Positions 1 through 9,315 are shown, counted from the first letter of the stretch. The stretch: DNA of 64,000 nucleotides from Candidatus Woesearchaeota archaeon (GCA_018302605.1 JAGVZN010000021.1:14157-78156), one strand, 5' to 3'. The notes: generated by a model from the sequence alone, not told the origin. Program-made: numbers and translations.

Positions 1-587
1 TCTTATGAATTTCCGCAATCTTAACGGCGGCGAGCATGCCCGTATCATGGATCGGCACGGCCAGGGAAACGAGACGGTTCAGGTCATATTTGGCGTCGTA
101 GCAATTCTGCCACAGATCGGTCAGCAAAATACTCTGCGTGGTCATGTTCTTATCGATATCCGCAGCAATCTGGGTGATGATCGTGGAAAATTTCTGATGC
201 AGTTCATCTTTGGACATCTTCTGCGAGGTAGTATCGTCGACGACGATCAAGAGAGAAATCTTTTTTTCGTCTTCCTCGGCGTTTTTGGCAGGTTCTTTCG
301 CCGGTTCCGGTTTACGATGTTCCTGCTTCTCTCCTTCTTTGGAGAGCTGGTTTTCTCCCCCTTTAGAGGACTGTTTCTCCGGCGGGAGCAGGGCGATGCC
401 CACGATATAATCACCGAACTTCTCGAGGACTTTATCTTTGAATGTGTCTAATTTTTCTTTCAGCGCTTTGAGCTTCTTCTCCATTTCTGGCGGAATCTTG
501 GGAGGAGCCAAGGTGGGGGGGAGGGGAATTTCTTTCTCCGCAGAAACTACTTTGATTTTTTGGGGTGCCGATGCTTTTTTTGCCATG
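1..587 (-). CDS. hypothetical Lys/Glu-rich protein; 3' end lies beyond window start
   Basis: ATG at 587-585 with GGAGG 8 nt upstream; open to the window edge; N-terminus MAKKASAPQKIKVV; the overlapping plus-strand ORF 5-451 is low-complexity (FFRRFRF) antisense. Confidence 0.5.
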
Positions 588-739
588 AAGATGAACCTCC
601 TATTGTGTGACTCGAATATCTAGATGGAAACAGGTATTCTTTTATAAATATAAGTGTTTCTCTCAGAAGTGGGGCATTTTGGTCAATGGTCCGAAATTCA
701 GCGAAAGGTTTAAATATAACTACCACGAAGTGATGTCTC

Positions 740-1429
740 ATGGTCAGAACTGCAACTGAAGGAAGAACTCCAGAAGGACTAGTTGTACCTGCTGGTTTAG
801 AAAGAACTTTAAGAGAATTAAATAGGGATAACCAGGAATTTCTTCAAGTCAAAGACACGCTTCACCTAGAATCTTTAACCGGAGCAGTTACTGAAAAATA
901 TTTAGCGTCTGTAAGAGTTGAACGGGATGGCGTTGCCTATTACGAGCCAAAAGGCAAGGAAACATACCAAGATCTTGCCGATCTGTTAATGTCAGAACTT
1001 GATTATCACCTTCATCGTCGGGTATACCAAAATATGACTGCAGAATTATATGAACAGTTGAAAACAGTTAAGGATCCAGCGACCGGAGAAAGCTATACTC
1101 ATACTGTTACCAAAACTCAGTTCGGAGTGGATACGAACGCGCTAAAACATGCTTTTGATGAAAATGGAGCAACACTTGCTACCGTATCGGGAATAACGGC
1201 CAATCTCGGCAATAAGTGGTTCCAGAGAGAATTAGGTGGAGCGATTCGCCACAAATATGATGACGACCCGGCGAGGTATAAAGCGGGTATTGAAAACTTC
1301 AGAACATCTAAACTCGGTATCGGCGGAGAATACACTCCTGAAAGACTTACTCCTCTGGGCGTCGATGAACTGCTTGGCGCCTATGTCGGCCTCGTTAGTC
1401 AAGCGCTGGAAAAGACCAAAAGTAGATAG
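740..1429 (+). CDS. hypothetical protein, paralog A1 of tandem pair
   Basis: 229 aa; shares HLHRR and KDP(A/E)G motifs with the downstream 1502-2206 product. Confidence 0.55.
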   Translation: MVRTATEGRTPEGLVVPAGLERTLRELNRDNQEFLQVKDTLHLESLTGAVTEKYLASVRVERDGVAYYEPKGKETYQDLADLLMSELDYHLHRRVYQNMTAELYEQLKTVKDPATGESYTHTVTKTQFGVDTNALKHAFDENGATLATVSGITANLGNKWFQRELGGAIRHKYDDDPARYKAGIENFRTSKLGIGGEYTPERLTPLGVDELLGAYVGLVSQALEKTKSR

Positions 1430-1501
1430 GTCATTTCCTCTTTTTTTTCTATTCTTCCCATTTCAGAAAACTATTTATAGTTCTGCTATTACCTCTGCTT
1501 T

Positions 1502-2206
1502 ATGGCAAAAAAGGATGATCCCAAAAAGAAAGAGGGAAAAGAAAGCAAGAAAGGAATAGATTTTGAACAGGTTTCTCGGAAATTGGCTAGTGTCGGAGAA
1601 GATCAGCAGATCGACCAAATCGCTTCTGCCCTTACTGATACCTATTTAACTCACGCAAAATATGACAAGGACGGCGTTACTCATTATAAAGAAGAATTCA
1701 CTCGAGAAGAAGCCGAAGCGATGGGTGATAAATTATATGATGCTCTCGGCTTTCATCTTCATCGACGCTATTTAAAAATTGATGAAAAAGGATACGAATC
1801 TCTCAAGAATATAAAAGATCCGGAGGGTAAACCCTACATTGATATCTTCACCCAATACCATTTTGAACTTGATAGAAAACAGCTAAAAAAGAGTCTCGGT
1901 AGAAAGAAAACCGGGAATCGGATTAGTATCGCTAGTCTCCAGGAACTCCTTCAAGAACCAGTCCAGAAACATGCGGGCAAGGCCATCGAAGGAATTATTT
2001 CTAAAGAACATCTTACAGAACCCGAGAATAGGGAGATGGTTAAAGGGGCGATCGAAGGAATAATCACGGAATACAAAGAGAACCCCGAGGACTATGAATT
2101 AGATCGTATGGATCACCTGAGACTGGTCAACACCTATATCGGTCTTGCTCAAAAACATTATCGAAAAGGCGCCCACCCGGAAAAAAAGAAAGAGAAAAGT
2201 CGTTAG
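1502..2206 (+). CDS. hypothetical protein, paralog A2 of tandem pair
   Basis: 234 aa; Lys-rich N-terminus; alignable to the 740-1429 product (GFHLHRRY vs DYHLHRRV; KDPEGKPY vs KDPATGESY). Confidence 0.55.
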   Translation: MAKKDDPKKKEGKESKKGIDFEQVSRKLASVGEDQQIDQIASALTDTYLTHAKYDKDGVTHYKEEFTREEAEAMGDKLYDALGFHLHRRYLKIDEKGYESLKNIKDPEGKPYIDIFTQYHFELDRKQLKKSLGRKKTGNRISIASLQELLQEPVQKHAGKAIEGIISKEHLTEPENREMVKGAIEGIITEYKENPEDYELDRMDHLRLVNTYIGLAQKHYRKGAHPEKKKEKSR

Positions 2207-2805
2207 ATTTCTTCGGCAGGCTCACGCAACAGCTCTTTCTCCATCTCTCTCCTTACATCTTCTTCCCGCACCACTTTTCCCGCCTGATACTTATACGAGT
2301 GGAGCAGTTTCTTGATCGCCGTATAGACGTGCGCCGTATCGCTGACCACTTCTCTGGGGAGACCGGCTTCCAAAGGGAAAGTATAGAGATATTTGTTGAT
2401 AAAACTCTTCCAGAAATAAACCCAAGGCTTCATTGTCCAGCGATGTTCGTAATCGGTCATCACCCAGGCGTCAAAGATAATGAGGACATCGCCATCCTGG
2501 AACTTCCGCTTGCTGCCGTCAACGGTCTCCAGCGCTTCCGTGACGTTATCTAACGTGATCTTGATCTTGATCATCAAGACCGCAAAATTAGTCTTTTCTT
2601 TATACGGACGCAGTTCGATGTAGGTCCTTCTGCCCTGCTCCGTGACCAGCTCTTCTGTCTTTTTCTCATTTTTTTCATAATTCCTCTCAGCCAAGGCTTT
2701 GTTAATGGTAGAGAATAACTCAGCAGCACGAAAGATGCCTTTGTACTGAAGTTCCCGATTATTGATAATCAGGTTTTTCTCGAAAGCAGTAGTGTGGACG
2801 GTCAT
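2203..2805 (-). CDS. hypothetical protein, paralog B2
   Basis: 200 aa; start overlaps the stop of the upstream gene (ATGA at 2802-2805); alignable to the 2802-3314 product over its whole length. Confidence 0.55.
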   Translation of the reverse strand: MTVHTTAFEKNLIINNRELQYKGIFRAAELFSTINKALAERNYEKNEKKTEELVTEQGRRTYIELRPYKEKTNFAVLMIKIKITLDNVTEALETVDGSKRKFQDGDVLIIFDAWVMTDYEHRWTMKPWVYFWKSFINKYLYTFPLEAGLPREVVSDTAHVYTAIKKLLHSYKYQAGKVVREEDVRREMEKELLREPAEEI

Positions 2806-3314
2806 GCTTCATAGGTGTACTTGAACACATTCAAGTAATTTTTGATTTTTTGATGGATATCTTCAACATCGCTTTCAATCCAGCGCTCCATCTTGGCGAA
2901 ATGGTGGCGAAAGAAATATTTTTCAGCGAGAACACCGAGGAACCAATAAAATGGCCGTGATTTCCATTTTCCTTTCCGATCGCTGATCACATAACCGTCA
3001 ATGGTCATGTGGATAACACCATGATTCAGATGCAGGTTCTCTTTTCCCGCCGCGACATCCACGTCTTTGACATCGGTCATGATCACTTTGATCGCCATCT
3101 TTAGTTTGTTAAAGTCAGAAGCGCTTTTCCAAGGTTCGAGGACCCAAAGGATCTGTTTCCCAGAGGGCATGACCTGCTCCTGATTGAGTTTTTCATACCA
3201 GTCCCAGCTTTTCTCATAGAACCAACCGGCAATCAAATTGTATAACTCGGCGGCATTGAACAGTCCCTCATAATTCAGCCGCAGATGATCTATCACCAGT
3301 GTTCGTTCGACCAT
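2802..3314 (-). CDS. hypothetical protein, paralog B1
   Basis: 170 aa; FNAAELYNLI / FRAAELFSTI and GKWKSRPFYWF / HRWTMKPWVYFW correspondences with the 2203-2805 product. Confidence 0.55.
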   Translation of the reverse strand: MVERTLVIDHLRLNYEGLFNAAELYNLIAGWFYEKSWDWYEKLNQEQVMPSGKQILWVLEPWKSASDFNKLKMAIKVIMTDVKDVDVAAGKENLHLNHGVIHMTIDGYVISDRKGKWKSRPFYWFLGVLAEKYFFRHHFAKMERWIESDVEDIHQKIKNYLNVFKYTYEA

Positions 3315-3350
3315 AAGTCTGATAAGAAGAACGAGGCTTATAAATTATTC

Positions 3351-3402
3351 GGCAGACAGGGCGGACAGTAACCGAGCAACGCGAGATGGTTTCATATTAG
3401 CC
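3351..3402. repeat. solo terminal arm of repeat family 1
   Basis: cagtaaccgagcaacgcgagatggtttcatattagcc matches the reverse complement of 5661-5700 (ggctaatatgaaaccctctcgcgttgcttggttactgcc). Confidence 0.7.
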
Positions 3403-3464
3403 CTCCACCACCAAAAACTTTAATAACCAGCAAGGCCATTCGCGAACAGAGAGGGGAAACATTC

Positions 3465-4097
3465 ATGGTGAAAACATTTTTTCGGAGATTTTTCAGAAGA
3501 GTCAATCCGTTCAGCAAACGCAGCAACATGAAAGTCGGGCTGTACGGACCACCCAACGGGGGCAAGTCCACTTTGGCCAACCGCATCTGCCTGGACTGGC
3601 TGGGAGAAGAGATGTCCAGCGTTTCCCATATCTCTCACGAAACCCGGGAGATCAAGATCAAAGAACAAGTCACGATCAAAAACAAGAAAGGCAAGGAATT
3701 GATGTTCTCGCTGGTTGATACACCGGGGATTGCCACCCGGATCGATTATGAAGAATTTCTGCGCAAGGGAATTAAGAAGACCGAGGCGAAGAAACGGGCA
3801 AAGGAAGCGACAAAAGGAGTCATTGATGCCATTAAATGGCTGGATAACATGGACTTCGTTGTTGTCGTCCTGGACGCGACCAAAGATCCTTACTCCCAGG
3901 TCAATATCACGATCATTGGAAATCTGCAGGCACGGAACATCCCAGTCCTGATTGCGGCCAATAAGATCGATTTGAACAAAGCCAACATGGATGCGATCAA
4001 AGCGGCCTTTCCCCAATACGGGATCGTCGGCATTTCCGCCAAGTACGGCAAGAATATCGAAGATTTCTACGAAAATCTCTTTAAACTGGTGAAATGA
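3465..4097 (+). CDS. small GTP-binding protein (archaeal predicted GTPase)
   Basis: P-loop GPPNGGKST, switch DTPGI, NKID G4 motif; alternative start at 3528 (MKVGLYG). Confidence 0.7.
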   Translation: MVKTFFRRFFRRVNPFSKRSNMKVGLYGPPNGGKSTLANRICLDWLGEEMSSVSHISHETREIKIKEQVTIKNKKGKELMFSLVDTPGIATRIDYEEFLRKGIKKTEAKKRAKEATKGVIDAIKWLDNMDFVVVVLDATKDPYSQVNITIIGNLQARNIPVLIAANKIDLNKANMDAIKAAFPQYGIVGISAKYGKNIEDFYENLFKLVK

Positions 4098-4136
4098 ACG
4101 AGAGATCTTGGAGAAGTCCGGCGTGCTGTGGTGTAG

Positions 4137-4177
4137 TAATTGTTTAGCAGATACAAGCTAGAAGGGCTAAACAATTA
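4137..4177. terminator. hairpin taattgtttagc-N17-gctaaacaatta after the GTPase gene
   Basis: 12-bp perfect inverted repeat immediately 3' of the stop at 4097; stem sequence resembles the family-2 TIR (tttgtttagc). Confidence 0.35.
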
Positions 4178-4236
4178 GGTAGAGCATAAAGATTTAAAAA
4201 TGATAAAAGTTTCCTTCCTTTGATAAAAGAGGTACT

Positions 4237-4644
4237 ATGGTCACATTTCAGTTTGTTCCTTATCAAGACATTGAAACACTCACTTCTGCCAAACGGATCA
4301 ACAAGTTAATGAACATCGTCAAGAGTGATCGGATCGTGATCATGGAAGGGCGCCTGCGCAAAGAGGAAGAAGCCGATCTGATCGAGATCACGATGGAAGA
4401 GATCGGCTCCCGCTTTCGGGGGATCGAGTTGAGCGTGATTTATCCCGATAAGACAAAATTAGATGCGTTGCAAAAATTACGGGGCATGTTCGCCAGCTTT
4501 CTGCTCGGCAATCGGCAGGGATTGACGATCATCGGGCCGGCATCGATCGTCAAGCGGATTGAGAAAGATCCCGATAAGATCGAGCTGTTTACCAAAGATA
4601 CAGTTAATTTACCCCGCAACCGCAGTAAGCGAAAGAATAAATAG
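4237..4644 (+). CDS. conserved archaeal protein (DUF2073-like), GTPase operon partner
   Basis: 135 aa, co-directional in the GTPase / Zn-ribbon triad; family assignment is from memory of the conserved archaeal neighbourhood, not a search. Confidence 0.45.
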   Translation: MVTFQFVPYQDIETLTSAKRINKLMNIVKSDRIVIMEGRLRKEEEADLIEITMEEIGSRFRGIELSVIYPDKTKLDALQKLRGMFASFLLGNRQGLTIIGPASIVKRIEKDPDKIELFTKDTVNLPRNRSKRKNK

Positions 4645-4659
4645 GAGTACTTCTTCTCA

Positions 4660-5049
4660 GTGGACATGCCACACCAATGCGTCCGCTGCAGCACGCTGTT
4701 CCCTGACGGAGCACAGGAGATTCTCAAAGGCTGCCAATGCGGCGCGCGGCTGTTCTTTTACATCAAGAAGAAACAGATTGAAGAAGGCAAGGAACTGATC
4801 AGCAATCTTTCCGTTGAAGAGAAAAAACAGATTGAAACAGACATCGCCGAGATCATGTCTATCAAGGAAGAAGATCCTGATCGGCCGGTTGTGCTGGACA
4901 TCGAAGCAATCCGCGTCTTGCAGCCGGGAAAATATGAATTGGATCTGGTGCACCTATTTAAGAAAGACCCTTTGATTATCAAGTTGGAAGAGGGGAAGTA
5001 CATGATCGATCTGGGGCAGTTGTTTAAAGAGAAGTTTGAAGACAAATAA
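4660..5049 (+). CDS. Zn-ribbon protein (DUF2072-like)
   Basis: N-terminal HQCVRC-x13-CQCG four-Cys ribbon followed by an acidic coiled region. Confidence 0.5.
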   Translation: MDMPHQCVRCSTLFPDGAQEILKGCQCGARLFFYIKKKQIEEGKELISNLSVEEKKQIETDIAEIMSIKEEDPDRPVVLDIEAIRVLQPGKYELDLVHLFKKDPLIIKLEEGKYMIDLGQLFKEKFEDK

Positions 5050-5102
5050 TTGAATTATTCAAACTTCTCTAAACAAATACCAGAAAAAGAAAAATCCATT
5101 AT

Positions 5103-5615
5103 TCACATCTTGCTCTTCTGCGCCTTATCCGAAATAATCGCACTATTACCTGAAGGATCCTCAAGAATTATTTTTATTTTCTCCCGGCCAACCAAAGCCC
5201 GGTTTAATTTCTTAATCAGATTGCGCGCTTTTTCTTTGGCGCCGTCATCGTCTTCGGCATTCAGAGAAGATTGAATTACCGCTTTGACTCGTTCCAAAAC
5301 TCCTTCCACATTGGTGACATAGCCATCGGACGCCGGACCGGATTCCACCGTGATGATGTGGGGAATCTTTAATGTAGCTTCGCCGGATTTGACTACTTTG
5401 ATACTGAGATCTTCCTCAGATTCCACTTCCAGCGTGTACTTGCAGGGATCTTTGCGTTCTGCCGGCTCTACATCAGATTTGCGGGTGCCACAGGCAGCGC
5501 AATCCATGGATAGAACAAAGACCCGCCCAAAGTAAGGGATGTCCAACTCCTCTTCTTGGAGAGTGCATTTTTTTTCACTGCAGAAAGGACATTCCTGATT
5601 TTTTAATTCTGACAT
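5103..5615 (-). CDS. ZPR1-type zinc finger protein
   Basis: CPFCSEKKC-x22-CAACG zinc finger plus ZPR1-like body; start taken at MSELKNQ (5615), 27 nt downstream of the TATA-like gtttaaaaaca; the tracked ORF extends to 5723 over the repeat. Confidence 0.65.
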   Translation of the reverse strand: MSELKNQECPFCSEKKCTLQEEELDIPYFGRVFVLSMDCAACGTRKSDVEPAERKDPCKYTLEVESEEDLSIKVVKSGEATLKIPHIITVESGPASDGYVTNVEGVLERVKAVIQSSLNAEDDDGAKEKARNLIKKLNRALVGREKIKIILEDPSGNSAIISDKAQKSKM

Positions 5616-5637
5616 TGGACGGTTAAGTCGAGGTGTG

Positions 5638-5646
5638 TTTAAAAAC
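5638..5646 (-). promoter_or_regulatory. TATA-like box for the ZPR1 gene
   Basis: tttttaaac on the minus strand about 25 nt upstream of ATG 5615; suggests a leaderless transcript. Confidence 0.4.
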
Positions 5647-5660
5647 ATTTCGTGGGAAAA

Positions 5661-5824
5661 GGCTAATATGAAACCCTCTCGCGTTGCTTGGTTACTGCCA
5701 GCTCCGCACTTGCTGTAGAACACAATCAGCGACGTTCCCCGTAGGGGGCAACCCCCTTGTCGCTTTGATATTTCTATCGAGAATGCTCCGCAAAGGGCAG
5801 TAACTACAGGGTTTCATATTAGCC
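5661..5824. mobile_element. MITE-like element, repeat family 1 (164 bp)
   Basis: 17-bp perfect TIR ggctaatatgaaaccct / agggtttcatattagcc; flanked by gtgggaaaa / gtggaaaat (putative TSD); GC-rich internal hairpins (ccccgtagggggcaaccccc). Confidence 0.6.
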
Positions 5825-5941
5825 GTGGAAAATATACTACCTGCTTCTTAACGTGTCGTGTCTTCTAGATGTTAAGAGAAGTTTGAATAATTCAATTATT
5901 GATCTCCAAACTTCTCTTAAAGAACAGAAATATTCATAAAC

Positions 5942-6520
5942 TTGCGGCCCCATAATCGGCTGATGGCTATTAAGAGAGATGAAGTTTTACTGGAAGGGGA
6001 GCTCTTCCGTGGAATATTTCAGGGCTCTCTCAAAAATCAAAAAAGTTTTGAAAGCAGAGAAAGCATAACTCCTGGGGGAAACACCTACCATTATCCAGTT
6101 TATCATACCTTCGAATGGTGGGATGTTACAGGAATGATTGTAGAAAGAAAAACTGCGGAGCCATACCAAGTAGTGTTCTCTACTTGTAGATATGATAAAC
6201 AATACCTACAAAGTCGTGATCGGGATCTTCCAGATTTTGTTCCGGATTTTGTGGTAGAAAGTTTATACGCTGGAATCGTGGTTGTCAATGATGCTAATGT
6301 CAGGAGTCTGTTTGGTGGTCAGTTTAGCGAGAGGGTAGATGTTGAGTTAATAGATTATTCTGCCACGTATGACCTTCTCTTAGGAAGAACTGTGGAGAAG
6401 TTAAGGGACCGAGAGCGAGGTGTTTACAAATTAGCCCCGCCAGAACTCGTTCTTTCCGAACTCGTAAAATTAGGATATGCTCCCGGACCGGAAGGTCAAA
6501 TGGGGTTTAAATTTAGTTAG
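5942..6520 (+). CDS. hypothetical protein
   Basis: 192-aa ORF with no recognisable motif. Confidence 0.4.
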   Translation: MRPHNRLMAIKRDEVLLEGELFRGIFQGSLKNQKSFESRESITPGGNTYHYPVYHTFEWWDVTGMIVERKTAEPYQVVFSTCRYDKQYLQSRDRDLPDFVPDFVVESLYAGIVVVNDANVRSLFGGQFSERVDVELIDYSATYDLLLGRTVEKLRDRERGVYKLAPPELVLSELVKLGYAPGPEGQMGFKFS

Positions 6521-6603
6521 AGTGAACTCAGGAGCGAGCGGCGTAGGCGGCGTTTCCTCTACTTGCGTGGGTTCAGTGTGTAAGTTCAAACTCTGTCGAA
6601 AGG

Positions 6604-6611
6604 TTAATAAA
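6604..6611 (+). promoter_or_regulatory. TATA box upstream of tRNA-Gly
   Basis: ttaataaa 26 nt upstream of tRNA position 1. Confidence 0.45.
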
Positions 6612-6636
6612 CAACTCTCCAAAACAATTGTCTGAT

Positions 6637-6839
6637 GCACCGGTGGTATAATGGCTAGTATCTCAGCCTTCCATATTGACCCGCAATGGTTGATAAAGGC
6701 GGACCGCCTTTATGATGAAAGCTGATGATCCGGGTTCGAACAGATGTCACGCCATCTGAAAGGCGAAGCGACTTCGTTTGTGCTCAGCCGCGATCACTCA
6801 AAAGATTGCTGTGCATCTCAGAAAGTCCCGGCCGGTGCA
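6637..6839 (+). tRNA. tRNA-Gly(TCC) with two introns (canonical 37/38, 46 nt; T-loop 59/60, 85 nt)
   Basis: Acceptor GCACCGG / CCGGTGC + A73; D-arm GTAT-AATGGCTA-GTAT; anticodon stem TCAGC / GCTGA with loop CTTCCA(A); T-arm CCGGG-TTCGAA[intron]T-CCCGG. Confidence 0.7.
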
Positions 6840-6859
6840 CTCATTTATATTTATAAAAA

Positions 6860-7222
6860 ATGGCTGAAGATCATTCCGTAGAGGAAATAGGATTAGACTA
6901 CTCGCCGCCGAGAGCTGACGTTATCGAGATGCGGGAATTGCAGAGAAAAAGCCAGCAGGGGCACGATAAGGGAGCGCAGTATGGTTGGCAGGAGATACTT
7001 GACCGTCTGGTAAAAGGAGCAAGATCGGAACTGGAAAGATTATTAGAAACACACCCGGAAGTAAATCATGTTGGTGTGCGTTTTCTTGAACAAACTGCCT
7101 ATCTTGCCAAAACAGAACAGGATCTTTATGCGGTGGTAGAAGCGATCAATCCATCTACGGATTATGCTCTGTTGGATTATGTTCTGGACCGAAAGACGAC
7201 AGTAATGTTCTTTGTTCACTAA
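6860..7222 (+). CDS. hypothetical protein
   Basis: 120-aa ORF directly downstream of tRNA-Gly. Confidence 0.4.
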   Translation: MAEDHSVEEIGLDYSPPRADVIEMRELQRKSQQGHDKGAQYGWQEILDRLVKGARSELERLLETHPEVNHVGVRFLEQTAYLAKTEQDLYAVVEAINPSTDYALLDYVLDRKTTVMFFVH

Positions 7223-8150
7223 TCATCTCGTTCGACCCCGAGAAAGAGGCGATTTATCTTCTGAATTTTTTTTCAATATGATTAAATTTATAAATACCAA
7301 ACTTATACTTCCCTCTATGCCAATCACCAATACAGACAGACCAAAAGTGAATGTAAGCGTAAATGAAGTTCGCAGACAAGAAGTTCGTCCAGAAAATTCT
7401 TTTCGTTTTGCCGAACCCGTTCAGCCGGAACAGAAAAGAGAAAACAGGTCTGAGGAACCCGAACGTCGGGCAGAAGCAAGAGAACCGCGCGCACCGCGGG
7501 AGATTCAGGTCAGCATCAGGCCTTGGAAAGTATTGAAATTATTCCTGATCCTGCTGGTGTTTTCCAGTGTTTTCTTTGCCGGGCGCTGGAGCGCTGACGG
7601 AACGGACATATTTAGTTTCTCTTCACCAGGACCGACGGCAGCAGCTGTTTCCGAAAAAGCTGTGGAAAAAGAAACAGTCCCGGCAGCAACAGTGAAATCA
7701 GCCGTAGACGAAGCAGCGCTTCCCGCAGAAGAGGGTAAAGTTGAAGCACCGGCGAGTGATGTTCCCGAGAAAGTGATCACCAAATACAGCAAAGTGGCCT
7801 TGGCCGTGACCGCTGTCAAAAAAGAATGGTATGACGGCTGGGGGAAAATCGTACAACTATCAGTCACGATCAAGAATAATGAAGAAGGAACAATCAAACC
7901 AGCGTATTTGGTGATGAATGTCGAAGGCTATGATGATTTTGATAAGCGTGTGCCTCTCCCCGGGAAAGCACAAGAGATTAAAGCGGGAGTAAAATTAGAG
8001 GAAAATGTCAATATCCCTAACGGCTTTGCCTATAATCCGGCAACAAAAGGGATCGGTGACATGGGCACTGTCCATATCATCACGCGGCTCTATGACGAAC
8101 GTGATGTCCTGATTACCACTTTTGGGACGGATTATGATTTACGGGGATAG
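7212..8150 (+). CDS. hypothetical membrane-anchored protein
   Basis: Arg/Glu-rich N-terminal region, one TM helix (LKLFLILLVFSSVFFAG), then an extracellular domain; start may be at the internal MIKFINT. Confidence 0.45.
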   Translation: MFTNHLVRPRERGDLSSEFFFNMIKFINTKLILPSMPITNTDRPKVNVSVNEVRRQEVRPENSFRFAEPVQPEQKRENRSEEPERRAEAREPRAPREIQVSIRPWKVLKLFLILLVFSSVFFAGRWSADGTDIFSFSSPGPTAAAVSEKAVEKETVPAATVKSAVDEAALPAEEGKVEAPASDVPEKVITKYSKVALAVTAVKKEWYDGWGKIVQLSVTIKNNEEGTIKPAYLVMNVEGYDDFDKRVPLPGKAQEIKAGVKLEENVNIPNGFAYNPATKGIGDMGTVHIITRLYDERDVLITTFGTDYDLRG

Positions 8151-8195
8151 ATTGGTTGTTTGATTTGTTGTTTCATCTTTTGGGGGATTAAGTAT

Positions 8196-8462
8196 TTAAT
8201 GAAGTTTAGTTCTTACTTCTCCACCAAGCTTTGTAAGCTTATAGAACCGTCCTTTCGTTTCTTTTGGATTAATGCAGACGGCCAATCCTTTCTTCACAAA
8301 CTCACGTAAGACATCAGAAACGCTGTTACGAGTAATCTTAGGATTATACTTAAGTGCCTCTTGGTAAATTTGTGCTGGGATTTTACTTCCATCCATGACT
8401 TTGATGATTACACGACGTTGAGAGCCACGAACAACCCAAGAAAGTAGTTCTATCTGTTTCAT
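8196..8462 (-). CDS. small winged-helix DNA-binding protein
   Basis: 88 aa; helix-turn-helix-like SVSDVLREFVKKGL followed by a wing (GRFYKLTKLG). Confidence 0.5.
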   Translation of the reverse strand: MKQIELLSWVVRGSQRRVIIKVMDGSKIPAQIYQEALKYNPKITRNSVSDVLREFVKKGLAVCINPKETKGRFYKLTKLGGEVRTKLH

Positions 8463-8569
8463 ACACCCAGAAATAGTGTGAATATATATCGGTTTTTCAC
8501 TTAATATACACCAAAATATTTAAAAAGAAAGAGATTATAATTATAAATTGGCAAATAAAGGGGATTAAC

Positions 8570-8851
8570 ATGAAAACAACAACATTAACGCTCGGTCTTG
8601 ATGATGAAGAACGTCCAAGAGGATATCGGAAAGAAGTAAAGCGAGAAGCTTCAGAAAAACCAATAGAAAAAGAAGCTGTTACCTTTGGAAGGATTTGTGG
8701 TATTGCGTCCGTGTTATCCGCATCTTATTTCCCCGGAGGAAGTTTCATAGTCGGGCTAACAGGATTAATCTATAGCAAACATGAGACCACCGCAAACATA
8801 CTGAACGTAATCGGTCTGATACTCGCTGTAGTAATGTTCGTATTCGGTTAG
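8570..8851 (+). CDS. small membrane protein
   Basis: 93 aa with two predicted TM segments at the C-terminus. Confidence 0.4.
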   Translation: MKTTTLTLGLDDEERPRGYRKEVKREASEKPIEKEAVTFGRICGIASVLSASYFPGGSFIVGLTGLIYSKHETTANILNVIGLILAVVMFVFG

Positions 8852-8879
8852 AATTACAACAGATTATGGGATTGATAAT

Positions 8880-9272
8880 ATGAAAGAACAATTAAAAAAG
8901 TTTTCACTGGAACATCCTGGAATAACGGTTTTAGTTATTTTCATCGTAGCTATAATCCTGATCGCTCTTTTAATGAATACGACCAGAACTAAATCGGCCA
9001 AAGAACCAACGATCTATGAATGTTGGAATAGGCAACTCGTAAGAGACCTTTCAAAATGTCCCGAGGAGCCGTCTCTACCAGAAAGCAAGAAAAAAGAGAT
9101 TTGTAACGATTTGATTGCCTATTTCCAATATTGTAACGATGCGGGCAATAGTCAGAATTCCTGCTCGACCACTGCACACGAGAAGATTTTACGCATCTAT
9201 AAAATCACAAACGAACAAATTATAGAGGTCGTGGATTACTGTACTAAAAACATGGAAAAGCTAGATATTTAG
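8880..9272 (+). CDS. membrane-anchored Cys-containing protein
   Basis: N-terminal TM helix (ITVLVIFIVAIILIALL) then a Cys-rich ectodomain. Confidence 0.45.
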   Translation: MKEQLKKFSLEHPGITVLVIFIVAIILIALLMNTTRTKSAKEPTIYECWNRQLVRDLSKCPEEPSLPESKKKEICNDLIAYFQYCNDAGNSQNSCSTTAHEKILRIYKITNEQIIEVVDYCTKNMEKLDI

Positions 9273-9315
9273 AACAGGTAATTATTTAAATGAATAAATA
9301 AGCCGGAGAGATAAG

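Noticed and set aside
5-451. Plus-strand ORF of 148 aa
   Set aside because: Low-complexity translation (FFRRFRF, LLLSFF); antisense to a minus-strand gene with a strong GGAGG-ATG start at 587.
5679-5806. Possible 5S rRNA or other structured RNA between the family-1 inverted termini
   Set aside because: Length about 125 nt but no match to the conserved 5S loop motifs; better explained as the interior of a TIR element with TSD-like flanks.
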